DNA of 64,000 bases from Amphiscolops sp. MND2022. Taxonomy: Eukaryota. Below, piece after piece: positions 62,700 through 64,000 of the stretch. The stretch is from contig OZ076409.1 of the NCBI GenBank assembly GCA_964187785.1, positions 85,376,001 through 85,440,000 on the forward strand, in the 5' to 3' direction. Position 1 is the first letter of the stretch. Each line of letters starts with the position of its first letter. Made by a program: the position numbers and the translations under genes. The notes under the pieces are model-generated. The model made no database searches. It was given only the letters and a program-made list of their open reading frames with translations, and was not told the origin of the DNA.

Positions 62700-64000
62700 A
62701 TACACTTTTTGCAATTCAATTTTCACAAGTTCTAGAAGCTTACGAAGTTCGATACAAGCATCTACGAAGTTCGCTCCGTTGTCGGAAAAAACTCGAAAAG
62801 AAACGGCGAAGACAAGCAATAAAGTCCGGCGTCGAGAGCGAAGTGACAATTGCTAGCTGAATAGTTTTCGTTGCGTTACATTTTTTCGGAATTGTTTGCG
62901 CGTTTTGATTATCCAAGTTCAAAAGGACCCGCAAAATCAACACCAACATGAGTTAACGGTTTGCTGGGTGTAATACGTTCTAAGGATAAATCGCCCATCA
63001 TGGGTGGTTTTTTGGTCTAGCATATTGAATACAGACCACGCAAATGTGTACGACCTTTCAAACTAAGTCACGAACGTTCAGAATCCAAAGACACTGACGA
63101 AGATGGGCAATTGTAAGGTTTATAGAACTATGTAAAGTTCGTTGATGTGCTTTTTTTACAAGTAAGCATGAAAGATGAGTATCGCTACTCAAAACTATAC
63201 GCTTTTTTGTGACGTCGGGTAACTCTGAATGACTTAGTCGGCCGCCAGCAGCAACTAAACCATCATTATTCAGTAAAGTTGAGAGTTTCGAAAGTCGAAG
63301 TTTTGACGGAATCGTCGTACCGTTCCGTAGGTTTAAAATTTCAGGATCAAAGACTAGACTTCGTACAATTTTTGTCAAGCTGAATAAAGCGCATTCAAGT
63401 TCCGACGACGATAAAGGTTAAAGTTTTTTGTCTTCGAGCGAAGATTATCTATGAAGCGAAAAACATAAGCAAAAGCTCGCTGCAGCAGTGAAAAATTAGA
63501 GAAGCGTTGGACGTCATTTATGGTCTCACATGCAGTGTCTTTCAGAGACTAAAAGATAGAGACTTTGCGCTGCTCTAGTTCCGTGTTGAAAAAAAACGTG
63601 TTTTTGGGTCAAGAGTTACGGTCCGTCAATAAGGTTGGTCCTTTCCACCGGAAAGAATTGTTCGCTAAAGAAGATACGGTCTGGACTCTCGTGGCTATAT
63701 CTGCGGGGTTGTTCTCGGATGGAATGTGGTTCCAAGTTTCACTAGGAATTTCATCTTTTGACCAAAATTTTGGAGTACTTTTGATCCAACTTAGAGCTAC
63801 AGTTAAATCAGACCATGCGAAAACGGAATCGATTGTCAAAATAGGGTCAAGTGCTGCGAGAGTGAGTCCACAGAGCGTTGAGTATAGCAGAGCTGCGCGG
63901 GGTTCATGTCTGGGTACCGAAATAGTTTTAATTGGAGCGACACGCGTTTCGGAGCAAAGTATTTGCCAGCAGAAACAATCCGAATTCGTTTAAACAAAGT
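62700..64000 (-). pseudogene. pol: BEL/Pao LTR retrotransposon pol remnant (RNase H and integrase)
   Basis: AWSDLTVALSWI, WNHIPSENNPADIATR, AAGGRL, HVGVDFAGPF, FIACLRRF, FSDNGANF; many lesions. Confidence 0.9.

Overview
AT-rich, repeat-dominated eukaryotic (probably invertebrate animal) genomic DNA with one 200-N assembly gap (53780-53979). The main feature is a complete but mutationally decayed 23.3-kb Ty3/gypsy LTR element on the minus strand (13079-36394). It has 268/269-bp LTRs, a GTAG target-site duplication, a PBS and a PPT, and is organised like a complex retrovirus: a single-frame gag-pol, a Ser/Thr/Pro-rich ORF, an ~858-codon envelope gene resembling chuvirus-type (class III) glycoproteins, and at least two further unknown 3' ORFs. 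It also carries a ~4.89-kb internal tandem duplication. The window start holds the 3' part of a second gypsy-like element with an in-frame pol deletion, a probable spliced antisense gene, an array of GGCC-N6-GGCC palindromes and an ORF inside its ~2.2-kb LTR. The rest is nested repeats: many Helentron/DINE-1-like copies, MITEs, and MULE, BEL/Pao, LINE and gypsy remnants, plus a perfect spacerless 524-bp palindrome. Host genes appear only as isolated exons (a GPCR-like terminal exon and two ankyrin-repeat exons). All family assignments come from motif recognition by eye; no database search was run.
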